Origin: Octopus bimaculoides | Taxonomy: Eukaryota | Length of the DNA: 33,753 nucleotides | Direction of reading: 5' to 3' | Assembly (NCBI RefSeq): GCF_001194135.2 | Contig: NC_068985.1 | Span: 121,436,231-121,469,983, forward strand | Shown here: positions 11,011 through 23,115 of the stretch, one piece after another | How the letters are laid out: each line of letters opens with the position of its first letter | How positions within the stretch are numbered: the stretch's first letter is position 1 | The notes under the pieces: generated by a model | Databases searched by the model: none | What the model was told of the DNA's origin: nothing | What the model saw: only the letters and a program-made list of their open reading frames with translations | Translations under genes and position numbers: made by a program

Positions 11011-11626
11011 AGAGAAACAAAACTTCTATTTCACCAAGCTACCTTGTAAAAATGATCAGGTTTTCAAATTCTTTCTTACCAATCAAAACGGTCATCATCA
11101 TCATCATCGGATAAGTTGACTTGCTCAGACCAATGCAACTCTTTCATGCCAGGCACCCTGATTGAGTGATGGGGCTTGGACATCTGGCTTGGGTTTTAGT
11201 CACATTGCTCTTTCACAAGCTGAAATATCTCATCTACACACAACATGACTACAGATGATACCAGTAGTTTGTTAACAGAACTGGTTGATCCTGGACATTG
11301 ACAGTTTATTGTCTGTTCATCCACTCAGGATTTAGTGATATTAGCCATTAATTTAATAACATTCATTTGCTGAAAGAGGTGCATCTCATGAGTTCAATGA
11401 CTTGGCTGGTTACATGCTATTTAAAACTTAGCTGTGACCCTGACAGGTGTTACTACTCCAGGTCAGAACAGATCTGGAAACAATAATGGCTACAAGGTGG
11501 TTTCACACACCTCAAAACCCCTGGAAATCCTGATTCATGGCACCACTACCAGATGCAGCTTAAAGTTACATCCTAGGTATCAAAATAGTAACATCATAAA
11601 ATGCTTACAGCAATAAAAATACTAAC

Positions 11627-11752
11627 CTCTAGTTCCATAAAATTTCCTAATCCTTCGACATCATCAATGTGGATCCGAGTTTGACCAGCAATATATAACT
11701 CACGCCGTTTCTTCACAATTCCTTTGACACCCAGTGCACGACTCAGAACAAT
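11627..11752 (-). CDS. CYTH-domain (CyaB-like) protein, coding exon 3
   Basis: cattgtag|att...gag|gttagt. Encodes IVLSRALGVKGIVKKRRELYIAGQTRIHIDDVEGLGNFMELE, with the V-x-K-x-R and R-I-H-x-D-x-V-x-G-L-G-x-F-x-E-L-E motifs. 126 nt, phase 0/0. Confidence 0.93.
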
Positions 11753-11816
11753 CTACAATGACAAAAATTGGATGAGGCAAAATGGATGATGTACAGATTT
11801 TAAGAAAAGATGCAAG

Positions 11817-12166
11817 CATGGCTACTGCCCAACCACATGGTTTGAGGTTCAGTCTCACTGCATGGCACCGTGGGCAAGTGTCTTCTACTATAGCCTTGGG
11901 CCAACTAAAGCCTTGTGAATAGATTTGGTAGACAGAAACTGAAAAAATGCCATTGTATATATGTATGAAGGCGGGGTTCCTCACTTCTACTTGACAACCA
12001 GTGCTGGTGTATTTATGTCCCTGTAACTTACCAGTTCAGCAAAAGAGACTGATAGAATAAGTACCAAGCTTTATAATTAAGTACTAATGGCGCTACATTT
12101 GACTAAAAATTCTTCAAGGTGGTGCCCCAGCATGGCCACATTCTAATGACTGAAACAAGTAAAAGG
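11817..12166 (+). repeat. tRNA-like SINE family 1 with extended tail
   Basis: ccaaccacatggtttgaggttcagtctcactgcatggcaccgtgggcaagtgtcttctactatagcc...ggtagacagaaactgaaa, homologous to 2063-2249. Assigning the downstream cttgacaacc...gactgaaacaagtaaaag segment to the same element is inference. Confidence 0.7.
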
Positions 12167-12940
12167 AGATGGTAAAAAGTAAATGTCAGTAAAATAATTA
12201 GCAACTAATCAAGCATAAAATATTTAAATATTAGATGATATCATGGAAAATGGGTAGCTTACTGAATAGAAACACTAAGATTTTCCCTAGTCCTTTTAAC
12301 ATAAACAGCAGAATAGCCAAACACACACACGCATATACATGATAAGCTTCTTCTTCAGTTTCTCCCTGTAAAATCCATTCATGTGGCTTTGTACAGATTG
12401 AGGCTTTAGTAGAAGACACCCAAGATGCTATATAGGAAGCTGCTTCTTCTGCTCCATGCTCTTGCTTGATGAAGCTGGGATCATCCCAGGTTAGTGGGCC
12501 CAGAGACACCATTATGCATAGAGCCGACCAGGTCTACCAGTGCTCTCCTTTGCTAGCAGTCCTGTGCCAGCCCCTCTTGAGTTTGACCTTGTTGTGACCA
12601 ATGTCACATTCGTATAAGTACCAGTTAAACACTGAGAATGATATAGACTTACCCTATCACCCAAAATTACTGGCCTTGTGCCAAGGTTTGAAATCAATAT
12701 TTAGCCAAGGGAAGGGCTACCTTTGCCTTCATGCTGATACAGGAGTTACTTTTCAGAATACAAAGAGTTAGAACAAATTCAGCAAACCATTTCACCTAAT
12801 ACTCTAATAGTTATGCCAATCCACTCTCCTAGATTGGACTTTTCTTATCAACCTGGACAAAAAAGGACAAAAACAAAGCTGATCTTAGTAGGATTTGAAC
12901 TCAGAGCACTGAGAGTTATAAAATACTTAAAATATTCTAT

Positions 12941-13168
12941 GGTAGGGCACTGCCCAAGGATTTATGACAAACAAACTGTAGACAGGAACTTCACTGTGCC
13001 CTAGCTAGGGAGCTGGTCTGTGGCGAAATCGACTTCCAGTTAAGCAGGCTTTCTATTCTAGGAGTTGGCTAGCAGCTGTTGCCCTCATGTATTTAACTGA
13101 ATAAACCTTTCATTAACACAATCTGGGTCTCCGTTAATTTTTTTGTGTATAGCTTAACTAAAGCTATA
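12941..13168 (+). repeat. 5' LTR (228 bp)
   Basis: Direct repeat of 15700-15930. A hand alignment gives about 35 substitutions plus one 3-bp indel (roughly 15% divergence). Confidence 0.92.
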
Positions 13169-13170
13169 AC

Positions 13171-13182
13171 TGGTGACACCAC
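13171..13182 (+). promoter_or_regulatory. Primer-binding site, tRNA-Trp-like
   Basis: tggtgacaccac, 2 nt after the 5' LTR, a partial match to TGGTGACCCCGA (complement of the eukaryotic tRNA-Trp 3' end). Confidence 0.55.
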
Positions 13183-13237
13183 AGAAGAACAACAGCTTTC
13201 GCTTCGCACATCAAAGTGAACAGAAAATAAAAGAAAC

Positions 13238-13765
13238 ATGGCAAGCAATCACACAACAGTACTGAAGCTACCACAATTCTGGCTGAGGAGGGATGAGCTA
13301 GGGTCCACGCAAGTGGAAGCACAATTCAACGTACACAAAATAACTTCAGGCCTAACTAAATATTCGTACACAGCAGCAGCACTGGAAGAAGACATGGCAA
13401 CGAGGGTGCTGGACATTTTAATCCAACCCACAGCAACACACAAATACACCACACTGAAAGTCAGGCTGGTGGATACATTCTGGCAGAGCGAATGGGAAGC
13501 AGCAGCCAAGATACTGCAGGAGGATTTAAGTGATTCCAATCTTTTGGAATTGATAGACAAGATGTTGGCATTAGTTCCCCCTGGTGAGTCACCCTCCTTT
13601 TTGTTTAGGGAAGTATTCCTCCGCAAGTTACCACCTCAGGTCCAGGCCCTCATAACTCAAACTGAGATCAAGGACCTGTGGCAGTTAGCAAAAGCACCCG
13701 ACAAACATTTTTTTATCCAGTGGTGTTATGGTCAATGCCATAGGGTTGGCCTTGAGACATGGTAG
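13238..13765 (+). pseudogene. Gag-like ORF of the LTR element
   Basis: LKLPQFW...QVEAQF...TKYSY...Y..LK.RL...FLFREVFLRKLPPQVQ, typical of Mag-group gag. A frameshifted CFYHxKFGKxATKCNQPC knuckle follows at about 13785-13840. Confidence 0.8.
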
Positions 13766-13851
13766 AGTTAAGCAAGATGACCTGTGCTTCTACCACCCAA
13801 AGTTCGGAAAAAGGCTACAAAGTGCAATCAACCATGTAGCTTCAGGATCCT

Positions 13852-15670
13852 TTGGCCATCAGCCTAGGGAAACTCAAGGGCTGGCCGCCATTGAATGACC
13901 TGGTGGCTAGCAGACACAATCAACTGCTCTTCTATGTCTGCGAACGGAACTCTGGATGTAGGTTCCTAATCGACACAGGAGCAGAAGTCAGTGTGATCCC
14001 AGCATCAGCAAGGGACCTCCATTACAGAAAGTGGGGCCAACCTTTAATGGCTACCGATGACTCCACAATCGATGCGTACGCTGCATCCTTTCTCTCAACA
14101 TTAGCTCACAAAAATACACATGGGCATTCACCATCGCCGATATCCATCAGCCTATTATCGGGGTGGACTTTCATCGAGCACACACACTACTGGTTGATTT
14201 GCAGGGGAGACAACTCATCAACAGCAACACGTATGCTCTCATGTCTCTGGTAACATCTGCAGATGCCACCACCACATAGCAACCTTCTCTCAGACCGAGA
14301 ATGAATTCTTGAATCTCCTTGCGAGCCTCCCCAATTTCACTACTCCGACATTCTCCAAACCTACATCCCACCACAAGATGACACACCACATCCCCACCAC
14401 TACCCCCCCAGTGCTCAGCCGCGCACATTATCTATCACCAGACAAATTTGCTATTGCAAAGGCTAAGTTTGACAATATGGAGGCGTCGAGCATAGTTCAC
14501 CAATCAAGGAATCCCTGGTCGTCAACATGTGGCACCGAAACCCAACAGAGGTTTTCGCCCTTGCAGAGATTATTGTCATCTCAGCGCAGATACAACATCC
14601 AACCACAACCCCATTCCACACATAAAGAACTTCTCAGTCCAGTTAGCCAAGTGCTCGTTTTTCTCAAAGGTTAACCTCATCTGAGGTTACCACCAAATAT
14701 CAGTCCTAGATGACGATCAGCCAAAAACCGCTGTGATCGCTCTTTTCGGGCTGTATGAATTCCTATGTACACCCTTTGGCCTGGAAAGTCTCAGTCACGT
14801 CGACATTGACCTTGTCGGCCCCCTACCGACCTTCATAAACCACTACACTCATTGGCTTGATTCTATCCCTCTCTGCAACACAGAAACACAAGAAGTCAGC
14901 TGAGCCTCCATCACAAACTGGGTTGCCTATTTCGGTGTCTCAGCATCTTATCTAATCAGGGTCCACAATTCATCTCAAAGCTGTGGAATGACATGTGTGA
15001 CCTTTTGGTATCACAATGAAGCACACAACAGCCTACCATCCACAGGCGATCGGGTTAGTGGAGAGATTTCACCACCGCATTAAGGAATCCCTCACAACCA
15101 GACTTAACGGGCCCAATTGGATTGATCAACTTCCATAGGTGATGCTGGGAATCCGCACCACCCCAAAATCTCGACACTTCTTCCACAGAAATTATGTATA
15201 GTTCCCTTCTTACAGTGCCAGGAAAGTTCCTTCCGAACACGAAGTCAGGCCCGGATATCAAAAGATACCTCGCGCAACTGATAGACAGTGTGGGCCAGTT
15301 GCGTCCTTTTCTCATGTCAACACATAGTACATCCAGATCATCCATACCAAACGACCTCCGCATGGCTAATTTCGTGTTTGTTTGACATGACACACGACGA
15401 AAACCCCTTCAGTCACCCTACGATGGCCCATATGAAGACATATGTCTGGGAGACAAATCACTGTAACTCCTAATTAGCGGACAAGACAGTTTCCATCGAT
15501 AGTTTGAAACCGGCCCATCTCAATATCAACAGCCCCATCCAAGTAGCTCAACCACCAAACAGAGGTTGTCCCATGCAAATTACACCAATCTTTGGCAAGG
15601 ACCAGTCACCAAAGAGCCAAGTAACCACACACACAGGCAGAGCAGTTAAAACACCTTCACGGTTCAAATG
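13852..15670 (+). pseudogene. Pol remnant: aspartic protease, N-half of RT, integrase core and GPY/F
   Basis: FLIDTGAEVSVIP (DTG 13972-80); RT N-terminal motifs up to GYHQ...KTAV...FGLYEF...PFGL (14783); directly fused to HVDIDLVGPLP; then TTAYHPQAIGLVERFH and PYDGPY...SIDSLKPA. Many stops and frameshifts. Confidence 0.85.
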
Positions 15671-15699
15671 ACAATCAACAGTTCTGGTGAGGAGTTATA

Positions 15700-15930
15700 T
15701 GTAGGGCACTGCCCAAGAATTTATGACAGACGAACTGCAGACAGGAACTTCGCTGCAGGCTAGCTATGAAGCTGTTCCACGGCGAAGTTGACTTCTGGTT
15801 AAGCAGGTTTTCTATTCTAGCAGGAGTTGACTAGTGACTGTTGCCCTCATGTAGTTAACTTAATAACTCTTTCGTTAACACAATCTACGTCTCTATTAAT
15901 GTTTTTGTGTATAGCTTAACTAAAGCTATA
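15700..15930 (+). repeat. 3' LTR (231 bp)
   Basis: Begins TGTAGGGCAC, ends AAGCTATA, followed by the CTAT TSD. Confidence 0.92.
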
Positions 15931-17554
15931 CTATCCACCATTCTAATGATTCTGCCAATTCATCACCTTAAGTTCACACATGGCAAGTGCATTTTAGGCT
16001 TACTTGAGAATATGTTATGGCCGTTCTCCTGTTTGATTAAACAATTTATCCTATAATCTAATTTCAGTTTAGCTATCACAGACGATAACAGTGTGAAGAT
16101 GCTTAATGCCATGCATACTTCCACACTTTCATAGACTGAGGTAACTAAACTGTCTTATTCAGAATAATAAATAAAGAAAACGAGTCTACACTTTAAAAAT
16201 AAAAACACACTACTAAACCTAAATTTCGTGGATTACTACTTCTTTCCAGAGAGGGTGATATACATAATCAGGTTTTATTGCTAGTTCTCCCTGCTTAAGG
16301 TTTCCAAGGGACGCAAAATTAACTTAAAAATCAACTTACGTCCCTTGAATATGAGGCCACTAACGTACTGACCTCAGTGCATAAAGACGGAATGTAAACA
16401 AGTTTGCTTTAAGATCTGATCACAGTATATTTCATTACAGCTAAAAGTATTAGAGTTTAGAAGGTAAAAATTGCTTCATTTTAATCTCATAACTGAGGTA
16501 TGAAACAATAAAGTGTCGATACCAAACACTAAAGGCCTTTTACACGGAAGAAATGAACAAGAAAGATATTAATAATAAGAGAAAAGAAATCAAAAGAATT
16601 ATGGATAATGAAAGAGACTATGGATAAATTCTTAATTTGGTATAATGAGGTATTTCAGATTCAGTGCTGGGGTTGTTTTACATACAAACAATTATTTGTC
16701 GAGCAAATGAGTATTCCGAATGCTAGCTTGTCATTACTGATAGATATAAGTAATGATACAAAAGCAAAACAAAAAAAGAAAAAAACTTTTCCGACTGAGT
16801 TACCGGACCAGATTTTTTGAAACTTTTCTACAAGATGTAGTTTTGCATACTAATTACAAAAACTACGTTCCTATTTCGAGAAAAACAATAAAAATCTTGA
16901 AACGAGATAGAATTTTAGGAATTTTTTACTATTATTATACGCCTACCACAAAAGCTGTATTATAGTTAGCTTCCACCAAAGAAAAATACTTTCAGATCAT
17001 GAATCCATTTAAATTTTGTCGTTAATTATTTAGGGTTTTTAAAAACGTGATTTTATTACTTTTCTGTTGAAAATAATGCTTCCATTCATTTATACAAAGC
17101 GTAATGATAGACGGGACGTGTTAAATACATAACTGGTCACAATATTTGCAGACAGAAGATAGTGAAAGGATTCTAGTATGTGACTGTTGCATATTAATCA
17201 GCCCCAGAAGGCAAACACATTGACAAGTTTTGAACTCAACATATAGAGTGATAGAACTAAATACAGAAAGACGCTGTCTCCTAAAACCAACAGTCACATC
17301 TCACTTCAATATATCCTACGATCATAAAAAGAGGAAGGACCCCTTGGATAATATAGTCGTGGATATACAAAACAAAACGAGCTGGTCAAAGCTGAAATGT
17401 TTTTGACCATAGATCACTGATCAAGACTGATCTGGGGATAAAAAAATTCTCACATACCTTTAAAACAGTCAAATCCCAATATTATTATTGGTATTTATTG
17501 CAAAACAAACTCTCGTGAGATTTGAACTCACATAAAGTAACATTACTAAACAGT

Positions 17555-17735
17555 CCTTTCTAATATAAGCATGGGGTCTGAAATTTTGGGAGAGGGCCTA
17601 ATCAATTATATCAACCCCAGAGCTCAACTGGTAATTATTTTATCTACTACGAAAGGATAAGTCGATTTGAACTCAGTACACAAACATGGACAAAATGCTG
17701 TCCAATGTGTTAATGATTCTGCCAGCTCACCACCT
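17555..17735 (-). repeat. SINE family 2, diverged copy
   Basis: cctttctaatataagc...ctgaaattttggg...aactggtaattatttt...gatttgaactcag...aatgattctgccagctc is the reverse complement of the 8851-9055 type. Confidence 0.65.
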
Positions 17736-19552
17736 TAAACATTACTAAATAATGTAAGGCATTTTGTTTGATTCCTCTACTAATTGCACTATTCACTGTC
17801 TATAATGTTTTCCAAATTTGGTACAGGAAATAATAGTTTTAATCGACCCCAGTACTTGAATGGTACTTATTTAAATTATTCAAAAGGATTCAGTGTAATT
17901 TGAATGTATAAACATAAAGTGCTTTACAAATTTTACCATACATTATCTATAGTAAGACATTTTAGTGGAAGCAGCAGTTGTTTAAAACAACCCCAATATT
18001 TGATTGATGCCAATGGAAATGACCCAGAAGGATGAAAGTTAAAGTTGACCTGACTGAAATTTGAACTCAGAACATATAAGGATAAATGTTTATACCACAA
18101 AGCATTTTGTTTGTTGTCATATCAGCTCTAGGTCCTGAATTAGAAAAGTCATTAGAGTATGAGATAAAATGCCTTGGTGTATTTGTTCTGACTCTGTATG
18201 TTCTGAGTTCAAATCCTGCCAAGGACAACTTTACCTTTAATCTGTTCAGGTTCAATAAAAAGTACAACTGGAAGAAGTATCAAATAGGTGAACCAGATAC
18301 TTTGTGGGATTTCTTCCACTTCTTTGTGATTTAAGTTTCAATCCCACCATGGTCTACTTTGGCAATAGACTTCAGCTGTCACCCACTTTAGCACCACCAC
18401 CTGACACCTTTGATGTTTTTTGTGGAGTTTATTCAATAGTAAGCATTTGTATCTGGTCTACTGTTTGAAGATAACTTCTTACCTCCCAACTTCCAGTCTC
18501 AGAACCCCTATCAAAGAGTTCAAAGACACTGTCTTCCCTCTTGACTAAAAACTAAAAGCAAAATTCTGTTATGTACTGTCTCACCATCAATACTAATATG
18601 ATTTCTAATATAGGCACAAGGCAACAAATTTGGAAGAAAATGTATAGTTGATTACATGGCTGGTACTTTATCAATCCACCCCTCAGGAGAATGAAAGACA
18701 AAACTAAGCCTAGTAGGATTTGAACTCAGGAAGTGGAGAAACAAAATAAAATACCACAAGGTATTTTTCCAAAGCTCTATAGTAGAGATTTGCAACCTAT
18801 TTTGTTTTTTTATCTATAGCACATTGAACAAGTTAAGGAACCCTACAAGTTTTCAAAAGTTTTATTCTCTGTCAAGAAAAAGATGATGAGCAAGCAGAAT
18901 CATTAGAGCTGTGTTTGTTCTGGCTCCTTAAATTCCAAGTTCAAAATGCGCCAAGGTTAGGTTTGCCTTTTATTCTTTTGAAGTCAATAAAATAAAGTAC
19001 TAGTCAAGTACGGGAGTTAATAGTGTCAACTAAAGCTACTCACTTCAAAATTACCTATTTTCTGCTTAAACTAGAAACACATAGAAATCATTATTATTGA
19101 ATATAAAAAAATCATAGAGGGGAGCCTACTACTAAGACCAATCAAGGAACCCTGTGCTGGCTAAAATTTCTATAGAAAATTTGTAGAGATGACCTTAATA
19201 CGTGATTTAAGTGCACTGCTAACACAGTAGTACACGGTATTGATTTATAAAAACGTTTAATATACTGTTGTCCTGCAATTTCAAGGCATATCCTTAGAGT
19301 TGTTCCATTCATCCTCACCATATCTGTCACAGTCATTGGAGGAGAGCTTTCCCTATCCACCCTCTCTTTCTTTCCCAAATAGAACTTGAAAATTTGATAA
19401 AGGCTTCACTGAACAGAAATTTGCCTTCAATCTGTTCAGCCTCATCCACTGTACAACCTCTTTTGCCATAGCCAACAGAAAGAGGAACAACACCAGCCCT
19501 GCATTAATGTAGGAAATTTGAGAGGCAACCTTCATGATGGACTTGGCCGATA

Positions 19553-19860
19553 ACCAATGTTTCTAATTCAGGCACTACACAATAATTTTGAGGAAAGAGA
19601 TAAGTTGATATCATCACCCCCAGTATTTGACTACTACTCAGTTTTGTTGATTTCAAGTACAATGGCGGGTGAAGCTAGTACTTCACTGGTACATTATTTT
19701 ATCGACCCTGAACAGATGAAAAGCAAAGTTGACTTCAGCAGGATTTGAACCCAGAATGTAAAAAGCCAGAATATATATCCTGATGCATTTTACCAAACTT
19801 TCTAACTATTCTGTCAATCCACTGGGCATTGAGTATCTTCCACAATAAGCTAACATTCAG
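19553..19860 (-). repeat. SINE family 2, diverged copy
   Basis: ctggtacattattttatcgaccctgaacagatgaaaagcaaagttgacttcagcaggatttgaacccagaatgtaaa matches the family-2 body in reverse. Confidence 0.6.
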
Positions 19861-19973
19861 GTACCAAAGCTTATAATTTGCAGAAAGAGACCTTGTAAGA
19901 CCTCTAACAAGGTTGATGTCTACTCTCACAGAATCAACCTGAGCAAGTAAGTCCAAGAGCTCTGAGAAGTGAA

Positions 19974-19977
<4 letters not shown>

Positions 19978-20023
<46 letters not shown>
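19978..20023. repeat. (TAA)n microsatellite
   Basis: Perfect taa repeats directly visible. Confidence 0.95.
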
Positions 20024-20232
20024 CCTTTCTACTATAGGTACAAGGCCTGAAATTTTGGGGTGGGGGAAAGTCAATTAAATGAATCCCCAGTACTCGACAG
20101 GTACTTATTTTATCAACTTTGAAGGGATGAAAGACAAAGTCAACTTCGGCAGAATTTGAATTCAGAATGTAAAGATGAATGAAATGCCTCTATGCATTTT
20201 GTCCAACATGCAAACAATCCTGTCAGCTACCT
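20024..20232 (-). repeat. SINE family 2, near full-length copy
   Basis: cctttctactataggtacaaggcctgaaattttgggg...ggtacttattttatc...gatgaaagacaaagtcaacttcggcagaatttgaattcagaatgtaaag, the reverse complement of the 8851-9055 type. Confidence 0.75.
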
Positions 20233-20308
20233 GCTTTAATAATAATAATAATAATAATAATATTTTTTAGTTCATATAAAGGACTGAAGTAACTCAGCAG
20301 AAATATAA

Positions 20309-20381
20309 TAGATAGATAGAAGAGTTCTTTACTTTTGTATATGATTCGTATACAAAAGTAAAGAACTCTTCTATCTATCTA
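20309..20381. repeat. Perfect 33-bp inverted repeat with 7-nt loop
   Basis: tagatagatagaagagttctttacttttgtata (20309-41) is the exact reverse complement of tatacaaaagtaaagaactcttctatctatcta (20349-81). Confidence 0.95.
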
Positions 20382-20460
20382 ATAATAATAATAATAATAA
20401 TAACAACAATAACAACAACAATGACATCAATGATAATAACAACAACAATAATAAATTTAC

Positions 20461-20562
20461 CTGTAGAGACATGGGATCCTCAATAACACTAATATCAAAA
20501 TTACTTTCTTTGGCATTTTCTGTATCTTTTCTTTCATAAAATATCAATTTTGATTTGTTACC
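20461..20562 (-). CDS. CYTH-domain (CyaB-like) protein, coding exon 2
   Basis: ttttattgtag|ggt...cag|gtaaat. Encodes GNKSKLIFYERKDTENAKESNFDISVIEDPMSLQ (L-I-F-Y-E-R-x-D motif). 102 nt, phase 0/0. Confidence 0.9.
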
Positions 20563-20588
20563 CTACAATAAAAAGCAAAATGTTATAA

Positions 20589-20759
20589 NNNNNNNNNNNN
20601 NNNNNNNNNNNNNNNNNNNNNNNNNNNNNNNNNNNNNNNNNNNNNNNNNNNNNNNNNNNNNNNNNNNNNNNNNNNNNNNNNNNNNNNNNNNNNNNNNNNN
20701 NNNNNNNNNNNNNNNNNNNNNNNNNNNNNNNNNNNNNNNNNNNNNNNNNNNNNNNNNNN
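20589..20759. other. Assembly gap (171 N)
   Basis: Run of N. Confidence 1.
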
Positions 20760-21867
20760 CAGCAGTACAGTATAAACTTTTGTGATATTTGGACCTCTAT
20801 TTAAAAAATTAAACACAATTTTTGTTTTTTATTTCTTGACAAAAAAAAACATGGCTTCCGTGACATCAACACACATACACACATGATGAATGTCATGGTG
20901 TGTCAATCAATACAAACACACATCCACTGTCTGTGACATATATACACACATAGTCTTTGAGCTCTCTAACTAAAAAAAAAACGTCGACTTTTTGACATAC
21001 ACAATATTTTAATCATTTAGAAATATTTTTAATTGAATGTGATTTCATCATCCGGAGTTCGTTAATTTCTGTAAAAAAATTTTATTTATTTACTTTTGTT
21101 TTAAAGTGAAAGAGAGATGTATGTACGTGTATATTAAATGAACATGTGTGAAAGAAAGTGAGAGAAAAAGAGAGTGAGAGTGAGTGAAGCGGTGTGTTGT
21201 CATGTATACATACATACATCAATACATATGCATACATCTTTTATGTGTGCATGAGAGAGAGTGGGTGAGTGGTCTTGTGTGTTCTCATGTATGTGTAAGT
21301 GGCACTCACTCTCGCTCTATCTCTCTCTCACTCTCTCATACACTCACACATTCATTTCATATACACATTCATACATCTTTCACTTTCTCTTCTCTTTCAC
21401 TACGTAAAACATTAATGAAAACTGTGGCCTCCGTTTTAAAATAGATCCGAAATGAGCTGGAAGATGGTGTGTGTGTGTGTGTGTGTGTGTACATACGTAT
21501 GTATAGTTATTTAACAGAGATCCCTAATTATCATTATATTCTGATCTGATAACATATATTACTAAGTCTATCCATTCACTGTAGAGAATGATCTCTTAGA
21601 TAAAAACTGTACTCAGATCAAGAAGAATCTACTTCAGTCACATGCACTTAACATGTGTCCCAACCTCATTGAATGGAAATCATAAAAGGCAATAGTCTTC
21701 TATTATGTCAGGTAAAGAACAAGTATTTACGACACTGCCTGGGTAAGGATGTAGTAACAACTGACTAACCATTGTCTAGAATTTTTTGTATGTTTTTTTT
21801 CAGCTTTATCATCATCATCATGTTATCATTATTATTATTATTGTTATTATTATTATTATCATTATTA

Positions 21868-23104
21868 TTAGGTCATCCCATAAATAATGCAGCTTTTTTT
21901 TATGCTTCTTTTATTTTTCAAAATTAAGATAAACAAAGTTCTTTTTTAATCTAAAATATACTCTCCTTCATTTTCTACAATGCTCTTCCATCTTTCTGGT
22001 AGACTTGCAAGGCTCTTCTTCCAAAATTCACTTGTCTACGATGAAAAATATTCTTCCAGTACTGTTCTGACCTTGTCTACAGAATTCATATTTCTTCCAT
22101 ACAAATGATTTTGAAGACTGGATAATCAGATGGAGCAATGTCCGGTGAATATGGTGGGTGGGGCATCGTTTCCCATTCAAACTGCTCCAGCCTTTGGAAT
22201 GTCATCCTCACTGTATGTGGCCAAGCATTTTCTTGATAGAACACCTTTTGTCTTGAAACCAAAGATGGTCATTTTTCTTCTTGCACTGACTTTAGCCACT
22301 CAAGCTGCTCACAGTAGATCTCCTTTGTTATCATTTGGTTTGGGTTTAAAAGTTCAAAGTGGACTAAAACTTTAATATCTCACCAAACAGATAACAACAC
22401 CTTATGTGGATGAAGACCTTTAGTCTGGGGTGCCAGTGTTTCTCCTTTCTTTATCCACTGTCTTCGGCACTTGACATTTTTACAGAGAACCCATTTCTCG
22501 TCACCAGTCACTCTTCAGTCCCAAAAAGTTTCTTTTGTGAGATGTGACAGCAAAGAAGAGCACAATTAGACTTGGAAAGTTTATGAGGAACCCATTCACC
22601 CAATTTGCTGACTTTTCCAATGGCATGCAGGTGTCGATGAATGGTTTAATGACCAAATTCAAGCTTCTCTGATAGTTCCTCAACAGTTATGCAGGATTTG
22701 TAGGATATCCTTGTCGAGCTCTACAGATCTTCAAAGGAAGGCTCATCTTAAAGGCTGTAGTTTCCGGCTCGCAGTTTCTGGAACCACCATTGACACAGGC
22801 TTACGCTTATTGTCCAGTCCCCCATATACTACATTAATATTCCTCACACTTTACATTGCATTGTTGCCTTTATTGAACTCATAAGCAAAATATGCCAAAT
22901 ATGCCCCTTTGTCACTTCTATTATAGCTTTGAAAAAATAACTGTTAAAATCAAACTGCACTCTTCAAAACTTGCACTAAGAATAAGTACAAGGTAAAATT
23001 ATGACCTGTTTTTATAGCAAGTTGATGCAGGTAGTTTATCCCGTCCCCCTCCAACTTTTAGTTCATGCAATTGAGCAAACCGCATTATTTATGGGATGAC
23101 CCAA
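21868..23104 (-). mobile_element. Full-length decayed mariner (DD34D-type) transposon, 1237 bp
   Basis: 26-bp TIRs ttaggtcatcccataaataatgcagc (21868-93) and accgcattatttatgggatgacccaa (23079-104), 23/26 matching, with TA on both flanks. Minus-strand transposase remnants include EWVPHKLS, a frameshifted VTxDEKW region and PHPPYSPDIAPSDY, with many stops and frameshifts. Confidence 0.92.
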
Positions 23105-23115
23105 TATTATTATTA

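Larger units (their letters stand above)
12941..15930 (+). mobile_element. Gypsy (Mag-like) LTR retrotransposon, internally deleted and decayed, 2990 bp
   Basis: Paired LTRs 12941-13168 and 15700-15930; 4-bp TSD CTAT (12937-40 and 15931-34); PBS tggtgacacc at 13171; purine-rich PPT ggtgaggag just before the 3' LTR; gag, zinc-knuckle-like, protease, partial RT and integrase remnants in Gypsy order. Antisense within CYTH intron. Confidence 0.93.

Noticed and set aside
12231-12512. 93-aa ORF with a hydrophobic C-terminus resembling a membrane protein
   Set aside because: About 12344-12430 is a family-1 SINE fragment read through by chance; no homology or splice support.
16301-16347. 9-bp inverted repeat CAAGGGACG/CGTCCCTTG followed by GAAA on the minus strand, hammerhead-like
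   Set aside because: No CUGANGA core, no NUH site and no stem I.
20760-21460. CpG-containing segment with ETS-, CRE- and YY1-like words suggesting an internal promoter
   Set aside because: The motifs are short and interspersed with simple repeats next to a gap; cannot be distinguished from an unclassified repeat.
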